Assembly: GCF_006345805.1 (NCBI RefSeq)
Contig: NC_043007.1
Coordinates: 72,850,001-72,914,000, forward strand
Length of the DNA: 64,000 bases
Source of the DNA: Octopus sinensis
Lineage: Eukaryota
Direction of reading: 5' to 3'
Part shown: one piece after another, positions 27,401 through 41,040 of the stretch
Layout: every line of letters starts with the position of its first letter
Position numbering within the stretch: position 1 is the first letter of the stretch
Program-made: the position numbers and the translations under genes
The notes under the pieces: model-generated
What the model was told of the DNA's origin: nothing
The model's database searches: none
Seen by the model: only the letters and a program-made list of their open reading frames with translations

Positions 27401-28165
27401 GGGGAGTACATTCTTCGCCTGGAAGGTTTTGGCATTTATAATCAGCCCTCTTTCCTTTTTTCTGGCAAGGATGTAGTCAATCTGGCTGGTGTGTCTGCCA
27501 GAACGGTAGGTGACTAGGTGAGAGGTGGGTTTCCTGAAGTGGGTATTGCAAACCATAAGGTCATTTGCATTGCAGAACTCCAGCAGCCTGGTTCCTTCCT
27601 CCTCATTTCGAGAGCCAAAACCGTAGCCTCCATGACGCCATGGAAGCCCCGACATGTCGTCCAACATGTCCTTGAAATCACCTGCCACGAAGAGAAGGTC
27701 ACTGTCATTTGTCAATGAGGTAGTCCGCAATAGGGTGTCATAGAATTGGTCTTTTTGTCCTTCCGGTAGCCCTGGTTGAGGGGCATATGCCGAGATGATG
27801 GTAGCTGTCCTATGGTGAAGAACTAATCTAATTTTAATTACTCTGTCACTTACTCTGACTACCTCGATTACCTTACCTACCCATTTCTCCGCAAGAAGTA
27901 CCACGCCCCCGACTCCGTCGGTGTTCCCTGCCCAGAAAATCTTGTACCTGTGTTCCTTGCCTGTGAGGAGCCTAGCAGAACCTCCTCTCCACCTTACTTC
28001 CTGGATACAGCATACATCCACACGTCTCCGTTCAAGCAGCTCTACAATCTCTCCAGACCTACCTTTCAATGTGCCAACATTGAGCGTGCCAACTCTGAGG
28101 GTTTGGGAGGTGGGCATCAGAGACCCTGGGACGAGGGACAGCCGTGTCATGTACCTGAAAAGAAA
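24446..28165 (-). mobile_element. Near full-length RTE-clade LINE (APE plus RT, several frameshifts)
   Basis: APE LRVGTLNVGTLKGR..DVCCIQEVRW, SQIDYIL; RT DMEKAFDRVPR, GVHQGSVLSPLLF, LLYADDL; (GAT)n tail; ~63-bp tandem repeats in the 3'UTR at 24620-24900. Confidence 0.95.
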
Positions 28166-28245
28166 GCTTGCATTTGGCAGATTTCATATGGAAACTCTCG
28201 ACTACAACCTGCATACTTTTCACAATTTTTGCGCTATATATTGCG

Positions 28246-28287
<42 letters not shown>

Positions 28288-28291
28288 CATA

Positions 28292-28325
<34 letters not shown>

Positions 28326-28490
28326 CATATACATATATATAAATAATGAGTAGTTGAATGAATTATCTTATTATGATAATTCGGTTAACCGATACCTGGG
28401 TAGCAAATTCACGTCAGAGAAAACGGTTGAAGCTACATGCCTAGGGCAGAAATCACGTGCTATCGTGTGCAAATTTGTGTGTTTTTTTAA

Positions 28491-28748
28491 ATACAAATAA
28501 ATGAAAGAATGGAGTTGAACGATGAATTAACAAAATTACTTTATTTTATTTTCGACATATGTTTCGAAGGCTGCATATTCCTAATTTCGAAGGAATAAGG
28601 GGTGCATTATGCCGCCTTCTCATCAGGAAAAACAAGGAACTTATTCCTTCGAAATTAGGAATATGCAGCCTTCGAAATATATGTCGAAAATAAAATAAAG
28701 GAATTTTGTTAATTCGTCGTTCAACTCCATTCTTTCATTTATTTGTAT
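28491..28748. repeat. Foldback with ~108-bp near-perfect arms (inverted Penelope pLTR-like)
   Basis: 28491-28599 is the reverse complement of 28640-28748 with few mismatches. Confidence 0.85.
28549..28631 (-). ncRNA. Minimal type I hammerhead ribozyme
   Basis: ttttc CTGATGA gaaggc-g-gcata...tatgc-a-gccttc GAAA c atat g TC gaaaa: full core, palindromic ATAT loop III. Confidence 0.8.
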
Positions 28749-28775
28749 ATATATATATATACATATACATATATA

Positions 28776-28836
<61 letters not shown>

Positions 28837-29400
28837 TAATATAATATTATTATATAATATACATAATATATATTATATATATAATATACATATTATATAC
28901 ATATACATATATATACATATACATATATATACATTATACCTATACATACATATGCATACATATATATAAATATATATATATATATACATACATATGCATA
29001 CATATATATAAATATATATATATAAATACAATAATATATATACATATACATATACATACATATGCATACATATATATAAATATATATATATAATATACAT
29101 ATACATATATATATATACATATACATATACATACATATGCATACATATATATAAATATATATACATATACAATATATATATATACATATACATATACATA
29201 CATATGCATACATATACATACATATGCATACATATATATATATAACATATAATATATATATATACATATACATATAAACATACATATGCATACATATACA
29301 TATACATACATATGCATATACATATACATATACATACATATGCATACCTATATATAAATATATATACATATACATATATATATATTATATATATATATAT
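28749..29400. repeat. (TA)n/(TACATA)n microsatellite
   Basis: Directly visible. Confidence 0.9.
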
Positions 29401-29520
29401 TGTTGTATTTCGGAATGGTCATTTTGCCAGTTTAGCCAATAAAAAACACACGCACTATATATTTGGTGTTATTTTGCTTCAGTGTTATTTATTTTTTTAC
29501 ACTAATCTTAATCTTATTTC

Positions 29521-29565
29521 GGCCAGAGTTCTTTCGTCACACTCCTGTGACTGCATCAGTGGTCC
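29521..29565 (-). ncRNA. Degenerate hammerhead-like motif
   Basis: ggacca CTGATG(c)A gtcac aggagt gtgac GAAA gaac TC tggcc: one base inserted in the core and loop III shortened. Confidence 0.45.
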
Positions 29566-30699
29566 ATTGTTTTCTCTTTCTTATTTGTGTCTCTCCTTAC
29601 TAACCCTCAGCCATTTTGTATTTCTATTGTATGTCTTCATTTGCGCATGCTTATATCTCTATGTGCGTCTATGTTTATTTAGTGTGTAGGTGGGATGCCT
29701 GTAATATTTGTATCTTCTGTTTATATACGTTCATGTAATTTGTTTTTGTTGTTGTTGTTTTTGTTTATTCTTATTTTGTTCATGTGTTTACATCCACTTA
29801 TTATTATCATTACATATGCTTGTATGTATGTATAACAACAATACTAGTAATAATAATAATAAATTTTTAAAAACTTATATAAATAACTATATAAGTTTTT
29901 TTTATTATTATTATTATTACTAGTATTGTTGTTATACATACATACACTAGTATTGTTGTTATACATACATGGCATGGCTCGTGAAGGAACATTTTTTTTT
30001 TTTTTAAAGGTTCTCTGTCCCAATGAGTTTCGAAGATAATAGTTTATGACTAGATTGCTGATGTAAAATAATTTAAAAAATGATAAATTCTATGTTTCTT
30101 TCAAGATTGTAAAAGAAATAAGGTGCATTAATAAAGATAAATATGATTCTAATATAGCTTTGCAATCTGAAAGGTAATTTAATAAAAATACTTACATACT
30201 TCCGCCTGTGTCTGAAAAGGAAAAAGAGAGGGATTTAAAAAAAATATTTCATTCTTAGGGAATTTAATTTCAATGTTGTCGTTTTAAACTAGTTTTGAGT
30301 AATCCATATTGAAGTTAACTTATAATAAGAGATCAAGCTCATGTCAATCCCATCTTTTATTTAGACATATCTAGAACAAAATTACTCATTGTGATCTTCC
30401 ACTTTAAAGACACTACAGTATGATTTCAGCAAGATTTTGATGCTAATTTTAACTGTTTCAGCAATCATATAATTTTGTGTTAGTTTCATGAAAGTAAAAT
30501 ATATGGGCGCAAGAAAATCTCATACCATTAAGTTTTGCATATTCTTTTATTCTTTTACTTGTTTCAGTCATTCAACTGCAGCCATGCTGGAGCACCACCT
30601 TTAAGTCAAACAAATTGACTCCAGGGCTTATTCTTTGGAAGCCTAGTACTTATTCAATCGGTTCCTTTTGCTGAAATGCTAAGTTACGGGTACATAAAT

Positions 30700-32900
30700 G
30701 CACCAGCAAAGGAGTGAAGTGAGAAGAATAATCCCTCCTTAAGGTGAAGACGGGAGTCCTGATGGCCCCTGTACAAGGACAATCCAAACACAGACTGGTG
30801 TTGTAAAGAGTGACCACTAGAGCAGACATGATGCAAGACCGGGGTGTTGTTGCCAAGTTGGATGTCTCGGAGATGTTCTGCAAACCGGTCAGCCAAGCAG
30901 TGTCTTCTTTGACCGATGTATAGAGAAGGTCAGAGTGAGCAGGAGATACAGTTGCTAGAAGTGCAGGGGAAGGAGTTAGTGATATGATAGAGTCAATGAT
31001 GGGTGCCTGTGAGGAGGGTGGTGTTGGAGAGGTGAGGGCAAGTGTGGCAGTGTGGGTGGGAGCAGGGGAACGACCTGGGTTGGGAGGTTGGGCTAGGGAA
31101 GAAGCTGCGAACCAAGAGGTCTCGTAGGTTGTGGGCTCATTTGAAGGAGGGGAGGGTTGGTGAGGGAAGATGTGCAAAGTGGAGGGGTCGGACTGGAGTT
31201 GCCGGAAGGCTTGGAGAATGGTGCATTGGAGAGGTTGGATGATGGGGTGGTAGGTGAAGGGAAATGGGAGACAGGTGATGGCAGAGTGGGTGCAGTGGAG
31301 AGAACAGATGCATGGTCCACAGAACGTGCTCTGGCAAAGGCAGTGTGGATAGTAGTGAAGGTATATCCACGTAGAATGAAGTGGCGAGCCATGAGTTGAG
31401 ACTAAGTCTCAAAGTCATGGTTGTCACTGCAGAGCTTGTGTAGATGGAGGAATTGGGAATAGGGGATGGAGAGCTTGGTGTGTTTAGGGTAGGAGGAGAA
31501 GTTGAGGTATGAGTCTGAGTCTGTGTGTTTATAGTGAATAGGGTTGGTGAGAGTGGAGTGATGAATGCTGACTGAAATGTTGAGAAAGGTAACTGAGGTG
31601 TCAGAAATTGTGCAGGAGAAGCGGAGGGCAGGCTGGAAAGATTTGACAAAAGAGAAGAAAGAGTCTAGATGTTCGCAGGAGAGTAAGGTCGTACTGATAC
31701 AGTTGTCAATATAATGACTGTATAGTTCAGGAGTGGAACCAGTAAAACTTGAGAATATTTGGGCTTCAACATAGCCAGCGAACAGGTTCACATAGTTGGG
31801 GCCCATTCTCATTCCCATGGCCACTCCCAAGACCTACTGGTAAAAATTACCCACGAACCTGAAGCAGTTAGGTGAGAGGACAAGTTTGGTCAGAGGAAGG
31901 AGTGTGGATGTGTCAGGTTGGGGGTTCAGTCGAAGGTCAAGGAAATGTTGGAGTGCACGCAGCCCCTCGTGGTGAGGGACCACCATGTAGAGAGTCTTGA
32001 TATCAAGAGTGAAGAGAAGTTTAGAGGGGCTAGGAGGGAAGGGGAAAGAGTTGAACAAACGAAGATCATGGCTGGTGTCATGGAGGGAAGCTTCTAGGAA
32101 GGCAAGGACACAGTCAAGATATCTGGAGATGAGTTTGGCAGGGCAGTTGCAGGTGGAGATGATGGAGCGGCCAGGGTTGTTAGGTTTGTGGATTTGGAGG
32201 AGGAAGTAAATTGTTGGAGCACAAGGGATGTGGACAATGAGGTTAGAGGCAGTGGGGGGGGAGATGTTGGGGATGCTTGGAAAAGTCAAACTGGTCCACA
32301 GCATACTGGCAGGGGCTCGCAAAAAGATTGACTGCTTGGAACTGGCCAGGAGCTGGCGTCCACTCGAATGGTTGGCGGTCCAGGCTGGTGAAGCAGCCCT
32401 CCTCATTAGATGCAGGTGGTGTGTCGTGGAAAAGTGCACAAAGCTGTGGATATCAGCATGAGTCCAAAATTCGTTGCTGGATGGAGTGAGGGGGATGAAG
32501 CGAAGACCCCTACTGAGGAGGGAGTGCTCCACCTCAGAGAGGGGAAGATCTGAAAGAATGGTAACAACAGACTGAAGTGGAGAAGGGGTGGATGGGACAG
32601 AAGCAGGAGGGGTGGGTGGGGTGGAAGGTTGGGAAGGAGGGTATGTGAGTAGGGGTTGGAAGGGACGGGAAGTTTGGTGAGGATGAGGGATTGTAACAGG
32701 GAGGGAGAGGGGTAAAGGAGGAGTTGGGGTAGTGGCATCAGGTGTGATGGAATGGAGGAGTGGAGCTTGCATTGTTTAGTGTGAGTGAGAAATTGATGAA
32801 AGAGATGATTTAAATGAATTATGCAAAGTAGTGTTAGCACAGGAGGTTGACTGAGAGGAGAAGAAGATGGTTAAAGACAGAGGGAGAAGGCGGTCGATGG
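30700..32900 (-). mobile_element. Decayed Penelope-like element (RT plus GIY-YIG endonuclease)
   Basis: QIHKPNNPGRSIIS, LFTLDIKTLY, GVAMGMRMGP, YSHYIDNC (RT); LYIGQRRHCLADRFAEHLRDI (GIY-YIG C-terminal part). Confidence 0.9.
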
Positions 32901-34419
32901 TGTGTATTTTGGAGAGATTAGAACGAATGGAGGTGCACATAAGGTGGTAGGATGTAGTACAAAGTAAGGGTAGGATGGTTGAAGCAGAGTAGAGAGTATG
33001 GTGGAAATGAAGGCGGAAACCTTTAGGGATGAGGCAGTGACTGAGAAAGGAAAGGTGGCTACAGAAGCATGTTTTTTTTTTTAAATTAGTAGGGAAAGGT
33101 TAATAGAAGGTTGAAAGCAGTGGAAAGGAAGTGCAGAAAGGTGTTTCTTTAGGCAGTGGTGGAAATGGAGGAAGAAAGGTTTGTAATCGGGCATGTTTGA
33201 AAAACGAGAAGAGGAAAGGAGAAAAAGGGGGGAAAGGGGGGAGAGAGAAAGGCAAATAAAGACGTGAGGAAGAAAAATTCAAAAGGTGTGGGGAGAAAAA
33301 AATATAGGAGGTGGGAGGAGAAAAAATAAAAACAAGCAAAGAAAGGAGGAAGAAGGAAGAAACAAAGAGAAAGGGGAAGAAAGGGAGAAGAGAAGACAAA
33401 AGGGACAAGGAAAGGGAGGGAGAGAGAGGCAAGGTAACAAGTGCAGATTGAGAGAAATGACAATAGGAAAAATCAGAAAGTACAAAAATGTTTAGAAAAG
33501 TTCAAAAGGTTCAAATGCCTTGGTGTATTGGAGCGAGTTCTCATCAAAGTAAGAGTCCAGTGTAATCCATGGGTAGAAGAGGTGCAGCCAAAGTATAGGA
33601 GTCTGAGTGTAGGAGAAAGTCCAGGTGGAGAATCCAGGCAGAATAGTCCAAGAAAAGTTCGAAGGAGGTGGAGACAGGATAAAACTCGTGCAACCATGTG
33701 AGCGTGTAATATATAGTGAGAATTTACAAAAAAACAACAACAAAAGACAAAGACAGGTGTGTAAACAACAAACAGTATATATATGCATATATACATTTAT
33801 CTCTTATGATAAAAGGCAGATTTTCTGTGCCTCCCACATAGTTTGTTTTTAATACAATTCTACAATATAGAATTTCTTCAATTGGAATTTACCTATGATT
33901 TTTCGAAGTAGATTCGATTGGGTCATAGCATGTAAATTTTTTTTCAATTTCACCCCCAATTCAGCAAAAATTCGAGAAAACTCAATATTTTACGATTTGC
34001 CTCTCTCATTTTAAATGCTTTCTCCTACTTTCTGTTTGCAAGTGTATACCACTATCATATCCTCTTTCTGCAACTCTAATTCAACATCACACATTCTGCT
34101 ACTTTCTCTTATTAATGCTTAAACCAATCCTCAAAAAAAGATAAAAGGAAACACAGATCTGTCGCTAACTTTTGGTAGTATTCATTGGCGAGCGTACTTC
34201 AGTTGTAAATTGTTGAAAGAAAGAAATTGTAAGCTAAGAAGGTGTGTGTGTGTATGTGTGCGTGCGTGTGTGCGTGCGTGTGTGTGTGTGTGTGTGTGAG
34301 AGAGTGTGTGTGTGTAGGAAGTGAAGGATAAAAATATGGCAAGAAGTGGACAGATGTACATATATACATACATACATCCATACATACATACATGCGTGTG
34401 TGTGTATGTATGTGTGTTA

Positions 34420-34810
34420 TCTCTCTCTATATAAAGCTGAAGTTGTCTGTGTGCGGCAGGTTTGGTAGCCTTCAACGAACACTATCTCTCCGAGACCCTG
34501 CGGCGCAAGTTGACCAAAATTGAGAGTATGATAGAAGAAGAGTTACTCTTCCTTCCGTAGTAGATAAAATTCAACTCGGACCATGTTAACACCAAAAATT
34601 ATTTACATCAAAAAGGTGCTTTTTTTCTATGAAAATCCCTATTTTTTACGATTTTTTCACTGCTGTGTCGCCACTTTGCGGTGTATTTCAACCAGAAAAA
34701 TGTTCACTTAAAGAGAATAACAAGCTACATAATGCAAAATTTTTACTTTCCAAAAATTCCAATTCCAGCGGGTCGAAACAAACCCGAGCAACGCCGGGCA
34801 ATACTGCTAG
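34420..34810 (+). mobile_element. Non-autonomous Helitron-like element (second subfamily)
   Basis: 5' TC..tatataaagctgaagttg, 3' cccgagcaacgccgggcaatactgCTAG followed by T. Confidence 0.65.
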
Positions 34811-34818
34811 TATATATA

Positions 34819-34855
<37 letters not shown>

Positions 34856-34879
34856 GTACATATATACATTATACATATA

Positions 34880-35580
34880 TATGTAATATATCTTCTGGGA
34901 CCATTTCCAGTGACTTCATAGTTGTCCTTAAGCTGTCCTTAAACAATTTTTTAGGTTTATGCCGTTAGCATTTCCCCTCTGCATGCTCACCATAAAACAG
35001 CTGTTTCAGCATGCGTTCATCTGCCATTCAAACAATATGGCCACACCATCTCAACTGGTTCCCCGAAATCATAGCTCTAATTGAGGTGATGCTTACAGAT
35101 GCAAGGACATCTGTGTTTGGAGTAAAAGAACTCCATTTAATTTTTTAAATGCAATGAAGGCATTTTTAGTGGAATTGTTCTAACAATTTAAAATGCCTTT
35201 CATAACAAGTCCAAGTTTCACAGGATTACAACAGGGATGGTAAGACAAATGATTTGTAAAGAGCCAGCTTTATATTCTAATTTGTGTCACTGGCACCAAA
35301 CACATGACTCCAAGCCACCAAATGTTTTTGCTGCCCTTTGAATTCGCAGCTGTATTTCTGTATCAAGATTTCCATTATTTTGAACAGAGCTTCCAAGGTA
35401 GATCAACGGATCGACAACCTCAAATAACATTCCCAGGGGGGTTACAAACAGCACTCTACATGCAGGTTAATGCATTACAACTGGGGTTTTTTCAAGTTGA
35501 TGGTCAAGCCAAAATCCTCACAAGCCGAGTCAAATGCAGATACAGGAGATTGCAGAATGACTGACAAGATCGCAATCGTG
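34880..35580 (-). mobile_element. RTE/BovB-like LINE RT C-terminal fragment
   Basis: Manual translation gives LYKSFVLPSLL..CETW, NQLRWCGHIV.MADERMLKQLFYGE. Confidence 0.7.
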
Positions 35581-35615
35581 AGTGCACAAAAGTTCCCTGA
35601 GTGTACATATATATA

Positions 35616-36001
35616 TCTTTATATATAAAAGAGAAGTTGTGTGTCAGTTTCCTATGATTTAGATTCCTAACTACTCCCACATTTTGCGATGCAGTTTAAC
35701 CAAAACCGGGTATCTTAAAGTCCTGATTCATATTGAGCCCTTCTGGGTATTAGCGTGCGTCTACGATGAGTCTATGATTTAAAAAAAATTTACTATCATT
35801 TCTTTCCATTTTAATGCATTTTTTCGCTATTATATAAGGGAAGTAACTCTCTAAAAATGTCTACGATGAGTCAACGATTTAAAAAAAATTTACCTTTTTT
35901 TTTATTTCCATTTTTAATGCATTTTTTGGCTATAACTCTCTAAAAATGCTTATATAGTTATTTCCCTTACAAACCCGAGCAACGCTGGGCGATACTGCTA
36001 G
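35616..36001 (+). mobile_element. Non-autonomous Helitron-like element
   Basis: Same family as 17315-17621; TC start, hairpin plus CTAG end; internal duplication. Confidence 0.7.
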
Positions 36002-36007
36002 TATATA

Positions 36008-36310
36008 TATCATCATCATCGTTTAACGTCCGTTTTCCGCGCTAGCACGGGTTGGACGGTTTCGACCGGGGTCTGGGGAGCCAGGGGCTGCCCCAGGCTC
36101 CAGTCTGGTCTGGCAGTGTTTCTACAGCTGGATGCCCTTCCTAACGCCAACCACTCCGCGAGTGTAGTGGGTGCTTTTTACGTGCCACCTGCACAGGTGC
36201 CAGAGGGGTCTGGCATCGGCCACGGTTAGTTGGTGCTTTTTATGTGCCACCTGCACAGAAGCCAGTCGGGGCGGTGCTGGCATCGGCCACGTTCGGATGG
36301 TGCTTTTTAT
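36008..36310 (-). mobile_element. RTE LINE 3'UTR fragment
   Basis: catcatcatcgtttaacgtccg tail identical in form to 24450-24480. Confidence 0.75.
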
Positions 36311-36475
36311 GTGGGGGGAGGGTGCAGAAATATAGGGGAGCACCAGTGGGGAGGGGTGTTCGGAGAAATATATATATATATATATATATACACATACACA
36401 GACATAGAGCAGGTTTTACAGCATGCCTACCTACCTACCTACCTACATACCTACATACATACATACATACATACA

Positions 36476-37098
36476 ACATGGAAAAATGCGAGCATGGAAA
36501 GTAATATTCTTAAGATTATAAACCTGGAAAAGTACACGACAAGTTAATAACTTGTCCTGTAAAACTATAGGACAAGCTATTACTTCTAGTAAAGTAAAGA
36601 ATAAGAAACTTTTTACTTAAAATATTGCAGCAAAGAATTCAAGTTCTTCTAATTTATACCTCTTTACAGTTCTCATCTTTTAAATTTATTGTACAAAACT
36701 GTTCAGCTAATTTGTAAGTTTGTCTAATTCTTTTACTCTCTTACTTGTTTTCAGTCATTTGACTGTGGCCATGCTGGAGCACCACCTTTAGTCAAGCAAA
36801 TTGACCCCAGGACTTATTCTTTGTAAGCCTAGTACTTATTCACTTTTTTTCTGTATTTAAGGTAGTAAATTAACCAAATTCTACTTACATACGTATAGTG
36901 TTATTTGTAAACTATAAGAAAATAAGTTTTAATATTCAAATTTCAAATTTAGCTGCAATATTTTAAGTAAAAAGTTTCTTATTCTTTCCTATACTAGAAT
37001 AGCTTGTCCTATAGTTTTATAGGTGTAATAACTTGTCCTATACTTTCCCAGGTTTATAATCTTAAGAATATTACTTTCAAGCTTGCATTTTTCCATGT
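36476..37098. mobile_element. MITE-like foldback with ~150-bp inverted arms and a SINE A fragment in the centre
   Basis: acatggaaaaatgc...aagaaactttttacttaaaatattgcagc mirrored at 36950-37098. Confidence 0.7.
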
Positions 37099-37715
37099 AA
37101 TCCTTGATTTTTCCAGGCATTGCTGTTATAAGATAATTAATAATGTGTCAATTAATAATTTAAGATTTTACCTTATAAGATACTGAAAGATAATATTTCA
37201 ATTTTTCCAGGTAAGTGATGATAATATTTCAATTGTTTTCATGATTAATTTAAATATATGTTGTGATTGAATTATTTGATATTACCCATCCACACTAGAT
37301 TAATGGCAGGGATTTTTACCATGTTGTTGGTTGTACCATGGCTCACCAAAAGTTACAAACAACAAGACCCCAAAACCATTAGTTGCTAAGTTCACCTTAA
37401 GTAACCTAATTTTGCAATATTAGGAGGTCACAGGAATTCATTCAATGAAAAAAACAAATTTCCAGTGATTCCGGGATTGGTAGGGGAAACCCCACCTCAT
37501 TTTTTCAGAACCAAAATAAGGGATTTGCAACATATTAGAAGGTCAGGGTACTTGATTCCACACAAAAAATCAATTTTTTTTTTGAGGGTGGGGGGGGTGG
37601 GGGGTTGTGAAAATCATGCGTGGTGTCAATATAGAAATTTACCATAATGCAAACTTATCATCAAAGGCATTCCAGCCTTCAGCAAATCGTCTTTGAGACA
37701 GTTTCCTTTTTACCA

Positions 37716-38560
37716 TTAATGTCTATGGTATATAGTCTGTCTGTGTGTGACAGGACACGATAGGGTCTTGTGTATGGAGGTATGAGGGATTTTCACATCA
37801 TCGTTTCGTAATAACACATGGGTCCAAGAATCAATGTCTTTTGGAATTGATGATTTAGTGGTTTGGTGTTGTTTTGACACAGGTGGCAGTTTTTGCATGT
37901 ATTTGCAAAGTTTGTGTACATACATAGTAGTGTCTTGTGTAGACACATCCACTGGGGTCAACATCTGGCCTAGCAATGAAGGAGGTGTGCCATTAACTAG
38001 TTCTGCTGGGGAATAACTGAGATCCTCCTTTATTGAGGATCGACAGCCAACCCTGCCAATCTGGGTAAGCATGCAAAGCAGCTGTCATTTGATGGTGGAA
38101 TCGTTGCACCATACCATTGGATTGTGGATAGTAACTGGTGGTTACCTATAGTCTGCATGAGCTTGTGGAAGAGTTGCAATTCAAACTGTTTTCCATGGTC
38201 GGTAGTGAAGGTGTTAAGGACTCTGTACTACGATATCCATCCTGTGAGAAAAGCTTTGGCAATAGATTCAGCGGTGATATCTATTAAAGGAATAGCTTCC
38301 GGCCAACGTGTGAAACGATCAATGCAAGTGAGCTGGTAGGTATATCCCTGGCTGACTGGCCATCGTCCAACAAGGTTAATGTGTACATGGTTTAAACACC
38401 CATCTGGTGTGTTGAATGTGCCAAGGGGTGCATGACCAAGCACTGTGGTGGTGATGCGAGGGTGTGACAGGTTAAGCAGTGTGCTGAAGACTGTTTGTCT
38501 GAGGGTCTCTGGTACAAAAGGACGAGGAGGATTCATGGAAGTATCGCACAGAATCTGGGA
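37716..38560 (-). mobile_element. Ty3/Gypsy integrase fragment
   Basis: [51 protein letters not shown]. Confidence 0.85.
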
Positions 38561-38582
38561 AGTACCTTGTTATTTTTTTATG

Positions 38583-38650
38583 GTTATACCTAGATTTCGA
38601 ATTTATTTAGCAAATAAAGTAATTTGCTAGGCGAAATTCTCATCAGTAAC
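38583..38650 (-). ncRNA. Minimal type I hammerhead ribozyme
   Basis: gtta CTGATGA gaattt..tagcaaat tacttt atttgcta..aaattc GAAA t ctag g TA taac: intact core, palindromic CTAG loop III, 4-bp stem I. Confidence 0.75.
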
Positions 38651-38904
38651 TGCTCTTAAATGTGGTTTTGGTCGTTTTGACTGCTTCTTCTAACATGTAA
38701 AACTACCTGTTAAAGGTAGTTACTCTTGTGTTTAAATGTACACTATTTTATATTGAGAATATGTTGTCTATTGACTTTTTATACATGCTAGACCACTGGT
38801 AGTGAAATTTCTAAAAAAATTAGCTACCCTATATATTTTACATATAAATATACATGTATATCTATCTATCTGTATGTGTAAATATAGATATATATGTACA
38901 TATA

Positions 38905-40846
38905 GTAGCTGGTGTACCTGGTAATTCCCGGGGGTAAAGATGTTCTATTGAAACTTCTTATTACTCTGATATAAGAAAGCAATTTCGTTAAAATTGTCAG
39001 CTGGAGGAGGGAGAAATTGTTGGAGGTTGGCGAGAGAGGTTTTCAGAGGTTGGTGAGAAAGATTATCAGAGGTTGGTGAGAGGCAGAGACATTATTCTGC
39101 TTACCGAAAGCAGCTGGGAAATGTATAACTATTGTCATTCACAGAAAAACTATTGTTTTACTGTGAGAAAAGCACTGTTGAAGTATTAAGTGAAATTTGG
39201 CAATCAAGGATCGAATCCATGCTATGCCTGCATGAAGCCACTACAAACACGTTGTGGAATAAAAAATTTATCTGCCGTCATGGAAAAATGTGTAACTGTA
39301 AAAATGCAGAATTATTAGAGTAATGGGCGTTCCAAAAAGTACGTATGTTTAGAAATGTATGAATGAAGTTTTTAATGTTTACGATTCAAGTTAAGAAAGT
39401 GCAATAATAATGTTTAGCAGTTCAAAACTGTGAGTAATGCAGAATTAGGTCCGCTGATCGTGAGAATCAAATATTGATCACTTTGCTAAAATCTGCAGAT
39501 GGTATAGGTTATTTCCCTTGGGTTGATTAAATAAAATATTAGTAATATGTAGTAGACACAAGCATCCATTGGAAAGGCCCTATTATCGATATTTTTCAAC
39601 TATCTAAGTATGTCACGAGCTTTCCAGACATGAGTTCTACTCACATGTGAAATAAAGTATAAAAGTGATATTGTCTGCAAAAATTAGCAATAGGACACAC
39701 CAAAAAATCAATATTCAAAGTAATCAAACATACACAATGAAATGGGTTATTTCCCTTGGGTGGTTAAAAAAAAATCACTTATATGAGGTAGATATAAAGG
39801 TCCCTTCCAGGGGCTGTATTATTGATTTTTCAACAACTTAAGTATGTCACGAGATTTCCAGACATGAGTTCTAATCCTGTGTCAAGTTTCATCAAAATCA
39901 ATTAAAAAATGTAGGAGGGGTTAGCTAACAATGCCACAAACAAGCACATACCGATTTTCCACATTTGTAGTAGATATACATATATATGTATATTTATATA
40001 TACACATGACAGAAACACAGTTGTAAGATGCATTACGGATCTATAGCAATTGGAAGGATGTGACCCAACTCAAATAAACATTAACAACTGTGTGATGTGA
40101 GGGCTAAGGAGAAATGAAAGTGTCACCTCTGGAGTTTGCAAATGACCACTATACTGATAGGTAACTGGACAGAATAAATTTACAATCTATAAATGTCTTT
40201 GAATAACCAATAAAATGACTAAATTGTGGGTGTTAAGTCCCCATGAAGGGGAGTTTCTAACTTGTAAGAAGATGAAATTTTATAAATATTACTTCATTTG
40301 TGTCTAATATCTATGGTTAAAATGTCATCAACAGCAAAAATATATGAATTGTCATGGGGGTTATGGCCCTTATGCATAGAATATGATTTCCAAATTTCAT
40401 AAAGATCCATTCAGTACTTTTGACCTAGTTTTGGATCATAAAAGAAATCACTAAAATTTTGGAGTTAAGACCCCCATTAGGGTGTCTTAGAATCCTCATG
40501 AGAAGTGGAAACTTTGAGAATTGTTCTTAATGTGTGTCAATTACCTGTGGTTGAAATTTCATAAACATCGAAAATTTATGAATTTTCATGGGGGTTCTGC
40601 ACCATTTAAGCCATCTGAAATTCAAACTAAACATATTGCATTATACCCGCCCTGATGCATTGAATCTAAGTTCCAAATATCATAAGGATCCATGCAGTAA
40701 TTTTGGTCCATGAAATTGTATGAAACATACAGAATTACCCTTCTCCCTAGGCTTGGATTTTGTGTTCTAAATTTCATTAGGATCGGTGCAGCAGTTTTTG
40801 AATGTATAAGTAACACACAAAAAGGCATTGTCTTTTATATAATAGA
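38905..40846 (-). mobile_element. Larger Helitron-like non-autonomous element with internal duplications
   Basis: Reverse-complement 5' end (cttttatataataga) at 40846, GC hairpin-like 3' end at 38905-38935, duplicated block at 39550-39640 and 39780-39880. Confidence 0.5.
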
Positions 40847-40936
40847 TATGAATATGCACATATACATACATGTATATATATATGTGTGTGTTTGTGTGTG
40901 AGTTATATATATATATGTGTGTGTGTGTGTGTGAGT

Positions 40937-40967
<31 letters not shown>

Positions 40968-40979
40968 TTGTGTGTGAGT

Positions 40980-41040
<61 letters not shown>

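Noticed and set aside
33100-33495. ORFs rich in F/L/S/P or K/R/E
   Set aside because: Low-complexity purine tract upstream of the Penelope ORF
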